From assembly GCF_009914755.1 (NCBI RefSeq), contig NC_060940.1: 64,000 nucleotides of DNA; one strand, written 5' to 3'. Below, one piece after another: positions 17,131 through 28,930 of the stretch. Each line of letters starts with the position of its first letter. The first letter of the stretch is position 1. This DNA is from the human T2T-CHM13v2.0 reference genome, Homo sapiens. The translations under genes were made by a program, and so were the position numbers. The notes below the pieces were generated by a model. That model saw only the letters and a list, made by a program, of their open reading frames with translations, was not told where the DNA came from and made no database searches.

Positions 17131-18772
17131 AAAGAAAACTCTAATGCTAATCCAATGGGTATGCTAGGCAGGAAGAACCTAGATGCAGGGAGATCTAGTT
17201 CAACATCTAGCCATGAGGGAATGAATGTCAAGTTTTAGATTCAAGGAAGAGCAATGATAGACAAAAGGGCCCATATGAAATCTAAGGCAATGGAAAGGTC
17301 AAGTAATTATGTCACTCATTAAGAACACAAAAAGATTACAACTATTGAAAGATCTTAAACCATGAATAATTAAAATCTCAGATGCATATTTTCTGACTAT
17401 CAAAAACTATAATATTGTCCTAATGTCACCTTTAGTAAAAGGCAGGCTTCTAAATAAGAGGAGAGGAATGAGACTTTATGTGGGAAACAGGACAGTTATT
17501 AATGTTATTAGTTATTAGTTATTCACATACTAGCTTAGAAAAATCTTGAAGCTATGGGCAAAGTTGTACAGTTACCTTGTTACATGTAAAAAATAATTTC
17601 ATATTTTTGCATAAAGTGAGACTATTTGATCATGTGGTATAAATCTAAAGCTGAAAAAGAAACTAATTAAAAACAAAAAGTTACTCAATGCTGAGATTTA
17701 ATTTTCAAATGAACTGCTAAAGTCAAAATTAAACTTTAGCAATCCTTTACATTCTTTGTCTGCTTAATGTTTTTAAGAGAAATAGTCTTTATAATTTTTG
17801 AAATTACGAATCTGTGTAATATACCTTGATGTAAAAAATACTTGTGGATAGATGTTTAAAAATCAGTCCATTGTTTTATAACATAAAAGAAGGGTTACCT
17901 TCATTAGTTTAGGTAGAAAATTTCTCAATAACCATAATGATGGATCATTTTTCTCTGAGAGAGAAAATTTTATTTTAAAAGTGGCTGCTGTAATTTTACA
18001 GGAAAATAAGAGATCTTTTTAAATGATAATTCTAGCTTATTACCATTTGAACAGCCTTTCTAACAGCCAAAGGAAAATGTATCTTCATCTTTTATTTCAT
18101 AAATCCACAGTTGCCAACACTGTGCCCATACATATAGATGGAATGCAATTTCATAAATCTTAATTTGTCTTGAATAATGAAAGCCTGTGACTTCAGCACA
18201 AAATATCTCCAGAAACTAAAAATGGAATGTTGCTCGTCTTTTTAAACTGTCTCTCAAATTGTCATCTTCATGTTTTGTTTACTGACATAGAAAACCAATT
18301 TGAGAATAAATGTTAGAGAATACTGTGGGACGTGAATAAGAGATAAAAGGCTTCTTGAATCCTAGATTCACCCAGGGGTAGAAATCTATAAAATGGCACA
18401 ATTCCAGCAAAGGAAATTAAAGGCCAAGCATTTGGGTACCATAAAAAAAGCCATAAAATCTGTGATGTGAAAAAAAAAATAGAGAGAAATTCAATAGCAG
18501 AATTTTACATTGTGGTGATATATAAAAATGAAAAACAACCACGGAAGTTAGTAAAAGAGAGTAACTCTAAATCATCAAATATAATTGAAGCTACAATGAA
18601 TGAACACTGGTGGAATCCACAACACGGCAAAGTGTAAAGGAAGAAATCATCCAGGTCTTATTTACCTCTCAGTTGGCAAGTCCAGCATTAATGATTGTAA
18701 CTAAGCTGTGATGCCTTTACGAAACCTACAAAGGAATATATGACATTTTCAAAGTCAATGAAGTCTCCATTT

Positions 18773-18860
18773 TACTTTAAATGAAATACAAATATATCAC
18801 TTGGACCAAAAAGAGTGCTATGGACTAGTAAGTATATATATAATTTATATATATATATCA

Positions 18861-18909
<49 letters not shown>

Positions 18910-18996
18910 TGTGTGTGTATATATATATATATAATTTATACTAGTCCATAGCACTCTTTTTGGTCCCAGTGATATATTTGTATTTTATTTTAAGTA
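18773..18996. repeat. Inverted repeat (~57-bp arms) around a (TA)n/(TG)n spacer
   Basis: 18773-18830 is the near-perfect reverse complement of 18939-18996. Confidence 0.93.
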
Positions 18997-19029
18997 TATA
19001 TATATATATATATAAAATTTAAAATTTTA

Positions 19030-19330
19030 GGCCAGACACGGTGGCTCATGCCTGTAACCCCAGCAGTTTGGGAGGCCAAGGCAGGCGGATCTCCTGAGAT
19101 CAGGAGTGCAAAACCAGCCTGGCCAACATGGTGAAACCCCATCTTTACTAAAAATACAAAATTAGCTGGGAGTGGTGAGGCACGTGCCTGTAGTCCCAGC
19201 TACTCGTGAGGCTGAGGCAGGAGAATCTCTTGAACCTGGGAAGCAGAGGTTTCAGTGAGCCAAGATAGCACTATTGCACTCCAGTCTGGGCAACAAAAGC
19301 AAAACTCCATCTCTAAAATAAAATAAATAC
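19030..19330 (+). mobile_element. AluS, full length
   Basis: Dimeric Alu with A-tail; TSD aattttag. Confidence 0.95.
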
Positions 19331-19819
19331 AATTTTAGATAGCTGGGTTTGAATGGAGACTGCAGTTTGGATTTGTGACACAAAGATAAAACTTAGATTT
19401 TAATTTCATTCAGGTAGAATGAGAGCTAGGAAGAAACTCCTCACATGATTCCATGATCCTCTGTTACTCCTTTAGGTGATGTGGTCATTCTCTAGGACAA
19501 AATAACTCTATTCAGGTTTTATGATCATAGCTGTCCTTAGGTAATGTAAGACGTTCACTCTTCCCCCACCTCCCCCATTCTTCAGAGTTTTGCTGGGACC
19601 TTTTCAACTTTTGGTATTCTCTATCCTTTACTCAATTCAAGATGTTCATAAATGCACACAAATGTCCAAAAATATAAATTTGTTCTACTTGTATGGGCTG
19701 CTTGACCACTATAAACTCCACCCTAAATCTACCTCATCCTTTTACTAAAACTTTGCTGTAGCTTTTCCAGCATTAGTAATTCACCTTCTATCTATAACAT
19801 GTCTACGACAAAGTCAAAA

Positions 19820-20525
19820 ATATATTTAAAGATAATTAAAGAGAAATATGAAAAGTCATACATCGACTAAAAAGGTTAAAATTAAAATGACTGAAAACAC
19901 CAACAGTTAGAAAGGATGAGAATCAAATAGAAATCTAACATGGTGCAGGTGGAAGAGCATATTGGTATAACCATGTTGGACAACCATTTGGTAGTATCTA
20001 GTAAAGATACTCATGCATACGTTATCACCAACTTTTCTATTACTAGGCATAAACCCAAGAAAGCCATGTCAATGTGCACCAAAATAGATGTACAGAAAAT
20101 GCTTACAGTAGCACTGAGTTTAAAGGTCAAAGACACAAAACACCCAAATGATCTAAATCCAATGGATAACTTATAAAAACCTGTAAATTTGTACAATGCT
20201 ATAATATACAGCAATAAAAGTAAATAAAGTACTGCTATATGCCACTGCTTTTGCAAATGTCACAACTGTAATATTGAGCAGAATAAACTAGATCTGAAAT
20301 GAAAAAGACCACATAATTGTGGTTCCATTTATATAAATTTCAAAAACAGACCCAACTAATTTCTGATGATAGAAGTCAGATAAGTGATTACCTTTGAGGA
20401 GGAGGTAGGTCGTGATGGAGGGGAGGCATGACAGGTGTTCTACTTGGATTCTACTGTATAATATGGATGATGAATAACTGAATGTTACTACTGTGTGTAA
20501 GTTCCCCAAAGCTGTGTGTATGCTT
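19820..20525 (+). mobile_element. L1ME-type 3' fragment
   Basis: aaaattaaaatgactgaaaacacc, atttggtagtatctagtaaag, gttccatttatataaatttcaaaaacag. Confidence 0.75.
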
Positions 20526-20526
20526 G

Positions 20527-20527
<1 letters not shown>

Positions 20528-20575
<48 letters not shown>
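20528..20575. repeat. (TATC)12 tetranucleotide STR
   Basis: Twelve perfect units. Confidence 0.97.
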
Positions 20576-20774
20576 ATCTGTCTACATATAAATACAGCTG
20601 ATCCTTTTTAAAAGAAAGAATTAAACACCTAGAATGCCAACAGATAAGAATGACAATGTGAACCATGGTGGTGGAGGTATTGATGATGGTGATGATGGTG
20701 AAGTGAAAACCTTCTGCTCTGTAAGAAGGTATCACATATAATGTATAATTTGAATATAAAAAACTGTCTACATA

Positions 20775-20990
20775 TGGTAGTTGAGAGCTTGAAACTCCAG
20801 TTTTAGGTAGACATAGATTTAGGTACAACTTCTACTACTTACCAATTATGAGATGTTAAGTTGTAGAGATATTATATAATGTCAGCTGTTTCTTCATTGC
20901 AAAATTGTGCTAGGGTGAAGATTAAATTGGGTGATCCATTTAAATGTCTTGCATTGATGTCAGTATTTATTGCTATAAATTATCATCATT
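20775..20990 (+). mobile_element. MIR
   Basis: ctactacttaccaattatg...tttcttcattgcaaaat...gtgaagattaaat. Confidence 0.55.
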
Positions 20991-22469
20991 GTTGTCTTAT
21001 CTTGATTATCAATATTGCCATTACTGTAGCTAAAAGCTAGGTAGATGATAATTTTGGGGATAAGAGTTAGATTTCACCTTTGGGAATAAGAACTGGCTAT
21101 GTAAGCAAATGAAGTTTCAAGTGTCCATATAAGCATTTATATACACTTTTTAAAAATATCTTTTTTACCAGCATTATGTTTTTAAAAATGGTGTCATTAA
21201 AATTTACATAAGGACAAAAATTGCAAAAGTTGGGCAATAAACATGTTACACCCTCCCAAAGAGCTAAAACAACTGTAAACACCCTAATTATGCCTTTTCA
21301 TTTCAACACTTAGCTTGTCTATTTAGTTTAAAGGAACATATGATTGAGATGGATGATTCACCAACATATGCATGCTTTATGTTTTTATCACTTTTACATC
21401 AACTGCTTCAATGTCCCTGAAAACTAACACTTCTTTATGACTAATGCCATAATTGGTCTTACTTCTAACTCAATTTTATAAAGTAATAAGGTTAACATGC
21501 AATAAGCTATTCATTTACTACACAATGAAATTCTGAAGAGCTGGTAAAAATAATGCAGGTTAAACTGTTGGATGGCAGGCAGCACCCTCAAGTGGTAAGC
21601 TGAAATGATCTTTTACCTGTTGCTCTTTAAAAGTTCTAATGTAATGTATTCAAAACAGTTTATTGTACCAAATACAATCTACAAAATACATTTTATAAGT
21701 CTCAACATAACAAATAGAATGTGGTATGCACACACAAATCAAACTGAAAAATATTGAGGACCACCTGATTGATTTTTGTCTGTCATTTCTCTGTTTCTTA
21801 GTTACTTTTTGCCTCTAGTGAGTTATATTAAAACCTATAAAGGGCCAAGACAAGTATGATAGGTTACTTATAGTTATATCAAGGCAACAGAGTGTGTACA
21901 GGAAGGGAATGATATTTCGTCTTACACAGATTTTGAATAAAGAAAGCTAGGGATAAAGTTACCTGAAATAAAACTTTAAAAAAATTCTGTGAAGGCCCCA
22001 CATGAGGAAAGAGGATATAAGGATCTAATCTGAGTTACAGAAGTAGCCCTGTTCTCTTATAATCATTAGGACTAACGATTATAGTCCTATAACTAGATGC
22101 TTTCTACAATTTTACTTCATCATTAGTGAATTTCTGACTTAATTTGTAGTTTTTAAAATATTATCTGTATTAATAAAGTAGACTGCTATCCTGGTATGTT
22201 TCAATACTTTGTATATAGAAAATACATAGGGACATCTATCTGATATTGAAGACTACAAATTGAAAATGATACCACTCGGATCTACTCTACAATACATTTT
22301 TTTTTGTTTTGATGAGAGATAAGGGTGGAAAGAGCATGATCAATAGTATTAATAACCTAGTTCAAAATTTTCTTAAAAATAATTGAATTTTCATTTTCAT
22401 CACATGCAATGGTTTGCTGTTGTTAAACAATTAACTACATTCCCATTATACAGTTTTTACTATTTTATA

Positions 22470-22625
22470 ACATTGAGTAAGTCTCTTGGCTCTGTTGAGC
22501 CTCAATATACTCACCTCCAAAATGTGTACAATAATAGGCACATGATAAGCTTTTGAGACGATAAAATGGTAAAAGTGTTAAATCATTTAGCATGATGCTT
22601 AGCCAACGTTTAATAGAGCTCATTT
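22470..22625 (+). mobile_element. MIR
   Basis: ttgagtaagtctctt...gagcctcaatatactcacctccaaaatg. Confidence 0.55.
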
Positions 22626-23850
22626 ATATTTCATGGCCTCCCTTTCTTTCTTCTTTCTTTCCTTCCCTTTCTTATATACCCTTTCCACTTTTCTTCTTTC
22701 TATGCATATGGGGAAAGAGAAAACAATACATAGCATTGTTAAGCATCAAGCTGTTTATATTTAATAACTTAAGAAAAAAATTAGAAAAGATATTTAAGAA
22801 GGTTCACAGATAATTGAAAACCCATTTTTAAATGGTAAAGTTCATCTACAATCTCTCAAATATAATTTTTCCAATATATTCTGTATAAGCAAATAAATAA
22901 CAAATGACACAGAGAATAAAGATCCACTTGTCCTTAAAAAACATAGGGGGGGAAGCAGATTTGTGAAGGCTGCTAATGATTGTGGTCACTTGCCTGCAAA
23001 TCATAATGGCCAAGGTCAGAAGTGAAATAACTTCCAAAGTGGTAACCTGGAGAGACTTCAAGTAGAAAGAGCAAAGTTGAATTGCACTTATCACCATGGT
23101 GGTGCCCATGAAAAGAGACTATTTTCAGCAGGTGGACATGTACATCCTCTCTGTCCAAAACCAGAGTTTCACCAGTATGAAACAATAGTAATCAGAAAAC
23201 TTTTTGTATTTCACCATAATGCTCCCTCATTTCCAAAAAATAAATATTAGTTATTCATTGTTTTATATATGTATATATAATTATATATACATAAAATTAT
23301 ATATACATATGAAATTATTATATATGATTAGAGAAACTTTTTATCAAATTCCCTGCTACCCCATACCCCTTCCTGCAAGGGCAGTCAGCACATGAATTTT
23401 AAATTAACCTTTGTTAAACAGCATTACACCTGTACTCTGGGTGGCTTTCATTTTGCGTGAAAGGTGAAAATTGACATTTTTTTTTCTCAAAAGAATAGAC
23501 TTTAAAGTCTGTTAACCTTAACTTCAATTTTAGTGCAATATTTTACAACATAAAACAAGACTGCAAGAAAATGTCATGCTGCTCTGAAATATGCACCCCC
23601 AAAATAAAATGACCCTTCCAGACGTTGGATGGCATTTTTAGGAAACGTTTAATGTGGTTTATGAGTCAGCCTCCTGACTTCAAATGAAACTTCAAGGTTT
23701 TTAGAGTTGTTTCTCAATTTTCAAAAATGCTATATTTTTAATAATGATATATGTTAAGTCAAACTTAACACTGGCTCAAATTTAAGAAACTAAAATTTTG
23801 TTTTTCTTAGTGAGAATATTCCAATTGAAATTAATGCTATTATTTATGCC

Positions 23851-24386
23851 TATGGAGTTGAGGAAACGCTAGCCCAATACATGGCTCTTTGGCATTTGAG
23901 AAAACAGCAGAAACAAGAAGCTTTCACTCTGACCTTCTTCCACTTTATCCCAGGAAACATCATAAAACTCCGAAAGAATTTTCTGACTTTCCACTAAGGC
24001 TGATCATTAGACCCTCATTCAATAAAAATCTTCCCTAGACCAAAAAGAAAGGAACATCCTTTTCTCTGAAGACACAGGGACACAGAAAAGAATCTGAACA
24101 AACAGGTCTCACTAAGTTCCTCCCAGTTTATTACCATTAGATAATAGTTTCTTTTAATCCAATCATACTTCTCCATGACTATCCATTCATTCATCAAAAC
24201 TAGCATAAAAATAAACACGGTTTACCATTTTGGGGGGTCTTCATTTCTTCATAAAGTCTCCCATATCATGTAAAATTTATATTAAATAAGCCTGTGTGCT
24301 TTACATTTGTTAATTTGTATTTCATTATGAGGGCCTTGGCCATGAACCTAGCAATGTGTGAGGAAAAGATCTTTTTCTCCCTTACA
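23851..24386 (+). mobile_element. ERV1-class (MER4-group) solo LTR, subfamily uncertain
   Basis: ggcatttgagaaaacagcagaa, tctctgaagacacagggacacag; ends ctcccttaca; near-TSD atgcc/aagcc. Confidence 0.7.
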
Positions 24387-24681
24387 AAGCCATTATATAG
24401 ATTTTTAATACCTAAAGAATATAGAAAGTAGGGCATACGGTTCTACACTGAAGAATTTCAATCCCTCTATCCAATGTCTGCATATTATCTATTTAGCCCT
24501 TAATTTGGTTATCCACTCTCTAGTTGAATATCTCCAAGTTAAGGAGAAGCTAAGAAATACTCTAATTTGTTAGTATAAATGTACTGCTAAAGAAAAAGTT
24601 CTTTCTTACCTTGAGATCTCTGTAATTCCCATACAAAGTAGTTGTTAAGAACAGTCTTTGCAACAGCACGTGTAGGTTAAA

Positions 24682-25160
24682 TCAATGGTAAGCTGGTAAA
24701 TTATTAACAATTGACACTTAGGGAGGGGGTAGTTTATAGTATTTGCCAATTTTATGTGGTGTGACTACATCATTTAAGGATAATTTCTGGCTACCTACAT
24801 GACATTGGGTGAGGTGGAACATTATCCATTCCTGGAAGGTATATTATCCTTTCTCATGCTGCTAATAAAGACATACCCGAGACTGGGTAATTTATAAATG
24901 AAAGCAGTTTAATGGACTCACAGTTCCACATGGCTGGGGGAGGGAGGCCTCGCAATCATGGGAGATGATGAAGGAAAAGTAAAGGGACGTCTTACATGGT
25001 GGCAGGCAAGAGAGGTGGTACAGGAGAACTCCTATTTATAAAACCACCAGATCTTGTGAGACTTATTCACGATCACGAGAACAGTATGGGGGAACCATAC
25101 AGTGGGGACACAGCCAAACCATATCAGGAGCACTTAGGAGGTGTCTCTAGCATACCACTG
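24682..25160. mobile_element. MER63-like hAT element split by a THE1 LTR
   Basis: TIR-like ends caatggtaagctgg / ctagcataccactg; internal atttgccaatttt...gtggtgt; TSD-like gttaaatc/gttacatc. Confidence 0.65.
24840..25126 (-). mobile_element. THE1B/C solo LTR with internal deletion
   Basis: tgctgctaataaagacatacccgagactggg...cagccaaaccatatca; lacks the catgattcaattacc segment. Confidence 0.9.
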
Positions 25161-25569
25161 GTTACATCTCAACTCTAATATTGTACATAGAAACTGTTAT
25201 CTGAGATAATATATTTAAACATTTTTATATTTCCCTTTTCTCAAACATAAAGTGATATAAAAGGGCATCTTTATTCTATGTTGAGAAGTAAATGCTCTGA
25301 ATCCTCCCACACATTACAATGCTATGTAGGTACTTATTATTCTCAATATTCTACTCATCTGCTGCTGCCTAAAACAGAATGCTTCAGATCCTCCTTCTAT
25401 GTTATGGCTATGCAAATATTTAAATCCAGGCATTGTCTTTTCTCTAAATTACCCCTTTTGAATGATAAACCTTATTTTGTTATTTTTAGTTATTCAAAAC
25501 TATATTTCCATGTACTATTCACATTCCTTAAATAGGCCACTCAAAAACAAATTCTACCTTATAGCTTAC

Positions 25570-25775
25570 CCCACATATGTCAGATGCCAATATTTTCATG
25601 ATAATTCAGTTTGTTGCTTCTCCTGAAGAAATTGGCAACAATGAGCTAGACTGACCTTTTAAGATTAGGTACATACACAATCCAACACCCCTCTTTTATC
25701 TAGAATGCTGGCTATGTCACTGACACACACTGTTTGCATGGCTCTCATAACTAGATTTGAATCTGAGTACTCTGA
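25570..25775 (-). mobile_element. MER102-like hAT-Charlie relic
   Basis: ttggcaacaatg...atttgaatctgagtactctg resembles the MER102 end. Confidence 0.4.
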
Positions 25776-26039
25776 ATTTAGTAGATGTTTGTCTAATAGA
25801 GGGCACTCAAAAGTAAACATAGCATTCCAGATGTGATATAAGGAGGTCTCGGTAAAGCAAGACCAACATTGCCTTTTTACTGAACACTAAATTTTTGGTG
25901 GCAGGAATGAAATTTACCACATTTTATTTTTCCATCATCTAAAAAGAAAATTGCTCTCCTGGAAATAATTCTTCTATTTTTTTTCTAAGCAATTATTTTT
26001 TGTATAGTTTCAAAAAGTATTTCTTAAGTTTAATATAAT

Positions 26040-26650
26040 GTACTTGAAAATAGAGAATGCATTTTCTTAACATAAATGAAAAATCTGACAAGTTGTGGAC
26101 CTATTAAAGACTGTATTTGTAACCAAAAAAAAGCAACAGTAAAAGACAAAGACTTGGATAGCTTCATAGGTGAATTATAGCATACAATTAAGGAAGAATT
26201 AATAGCAGTCTTTCCCAATTCTCCTTTAAAACATAGAGGAGAAATGGGCTCTTCCAAACTTATTTTATAAGAGCAACACAATACAGATAATAAAATTTGA
26301 AAAGGACATACGAGAAAGAGAAAATGACAGACCAATATCCCTCAGGAAGATAGATGCAATAATCCTCAACAAAATATCAGCAAATAAATCCAGCAATATA
26401 TTAAAAGTGGGTTTATCCAGGAATGCAAACCTTGTTCCACATTAGAAAAATCAAATTATGTAAGTTGCAAAATCAACAGAATAGATGAAAAAAAAATTAC
26501 TATCTCATTAGACAGAGAAAAAAATTTTTAGAGTTCAATATCATTCATGATTACACTCTCAGTAACTTGGAATAGAAGAGAAATTGCTCAATTTGATGAA
26601 GGGCTTAGAGAAAACCTACACCTAACATTATAATTAATGATAAAACAAAT
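26040..26650 (+). mobile_element. Old L1 ORF2 (RT-domain) relic
   Basis: acagaccaatatccctcaggaagatagatgcaataatcctcaacaaaata reads as degenerate YRPISLMNIDAKILNKI; frame is broken. Confidence 0.85.
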
Positions 26651-27496
26651 CTCTCAATTGTTGGGGAAAAAATCCAGTACAAATAATTCAAAGTATATTT
26701 CCAAAGCTGAACATAAAATAGATATGAAGATTTAAAAAAACAATTAATTTAAAACAATAAATGCATACACAGACAGGTTCTTTTCAAAATTGGTTATAAG
26801 AAAAAATATAATATCCTACATATATTTAGGCAAAATAAACAAAGAAACTACAGCTGGTCTCAGACTTCTCCTCTGAAACACTTAAATCCAGAAGGCAGCA
26901 GAGAAATTGACTTCAAAGTTTAGTTAGAGGAGTTGAATCAGCCTTAAATAAGGAACTCTTTCTGTTCAAAGTTAAGGAAAAATGAGAAAGTTCTTTTAAA
27001 TATTCAGAATTACTTCTAAAAAGAACAATAGAGTGACTTAATATAGAAAGGATATCTTGGTTTACTTTTGGTGTTGGGTTTACATTAGAAAATATTTACT
27101 TATAAGTAAATCTGTATTGGAGTGTAATTTTTATAGAATTACCATATTTGCAAGTATAAAGGTCATTTTTGCATAATAACTGCACTTAAGCTTTAGAATC
27201 AGATGCTTGTCATTTAGATATGGCTCCTATGTGGATTTGCTGAATTACATCCATTTTCTGAATTGAGAACCAAAAATAAGCATATCAGCTGAGGGTAATT
27301 TTTATGAGAGCTGTATTCTCAACAAGCATATATATGCATTTCTCCCAGCAAATGATCTATCATTTTGTATCAATAATAATTAGTTTACTTGAAGAAACCC
27401 AGGTTTTTTATTCTAATTATTCACACTCATTATTCTATTTCTAACTATTTTCTTTCTGCTGGTACTTGTTTCTCTAATATCCCTCACATACCTGGC

Positions 27497-27861
27497 TGTA
27501 TTAGTCTGTTCTCATGCTGCTAATAAAGACATTCCCAAGACTGGGTAATTTATAAAGGAAAGAGGTTTAATTGACTCACTGTTCCACCCGGGTGGGGAGG
27601 CCTCACAACCATGGTGGAAGGCAAAGGAGGAGCAAAGTCATGTCTTACACGGTGGTAGGCAAGAAAAAGTGTGTCAGGGGAACTCCCCTTTATCAAACCA
27701 TCAGATCTCATGAGACTTATTTACTATGACAAGAACCACATGGGAAAAATCCACCCTTATGATTCAACTTTCCCCAACTGGATCCCTCCCATGACATGTA
27801 AGAATTATGGGAGCTACAATTCAAGATGAGATTTGGGTGGGGACACAGCCAAACCAGATCA
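27497..27861 (-). mobile_element. THE1B/C solo LTR
   Basis: tgtattagtctgttctcatgctgc...gccaaaccagatca; TSD ctggc/ccagc. Confidence 0.92.
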
Positions 27862-28089
27862 CCAGCCTTCAGAAGCCTTCAATGGTACCTCACCCATCAT
27901 TTGTAAAATCTATTTATTTTCTATATTATTGAATAAATGTGAGCTTTAAAATAACATGTATAAATTATCAGAAATGTAGAATGAAGAAAATTTTCAAAAT
28001 ATACCCTATCATTCAGGAAACAGCAAAATAAACTCGTAAAATTTTTGGCATATTTATACCATCTATTTTTTTCTCAGTGATTATTAAAC

Positions 28090-28480
28090 TAAACTACTAT
28101 TTTTACCACATAAAGCAATAGTTCCAACTATTTCTCCAGCATAATGCCCTCTTTTCTACCTAACTCTTCCTTACGTTTCACCTACATAGTTCTCCAAATA
28201 TACAAGTTATTTCTTACCCCCAAATCTTTGCTTTAGAGAATACCTTTGTATAATCTATCCCTCTTTTGCTGGCTAAGCACCACATACATTTCTTTATAAT
28301 TATTTTACCTTGTTTTATTAAATTTATGAATAGTAGTTTTAGCTAAATCTTCATATTTTTTTCTATTCTAATTCAAGCATCTGAACAACAGAGGCTATCA
28401 ACCTTCCTAACCAATACCTAGGGCAGAGGCTTAGAATATAGTAGATACTTGAGTCCACTTGCATTAAGAGATAAATGAAG
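28090..28480 (+). mobile_element. L2 fragment
   Basis: cctagggcagaggcttagaatatagtagatacttga...aaatgaa. Confidence 0.5.
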
Positions 28481-28623
28481 AGGATTAGAATCAAATATAG
28501 GCACCAAAATATATCAAACTAAGCCTATAAAAATAAATAAAATCCACACACATGTTTAATTCTGTCTGTCGAAGCCCTATCCTATTGTATTTTATGTCTC
28601 TGGCTTATGAGAAGTTTTTGCAT

Positions 28624-28930
28624 TTTTTTTTTTTTTTTTTTTTTTTTTTGAGACAGAGTCTCACTTTATCTCCCAGGTTGGAGTGCAGTGGTACAATCTA
28701 AGCTCCCTACAACCTCCGCATCCTGAGTTCAAGTGATTCTTCTGCCTCCGCCTTCCTAGTAGCTGGGATTACAGGTGCATGCCACCACGCCAGGCTAATT
28801 TTTGTATTTTTAGTAGAGACGTGGTTTCACCATATTGGCCAGGCTGGTCTCAAACTCCTGACCTTGTGATCCACCTGCCTCGGCCTCCCAAAGTGCTGGG
28901 ATTAGAGGTGTGAGCCACAGCACCTGGTCC
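28624..28930 (-). mobile_element. AluS (Sg/Sc-like), full length
   Basis: Poly-T followed by dimeric Alu; TSD agtttttgcat. Confidence 0.95.

Noticed and set aside
26040-26650. Functional reverse transcriptase
   Set aside because: Heavily frameshifted, truncated L1 ORF2 relic.
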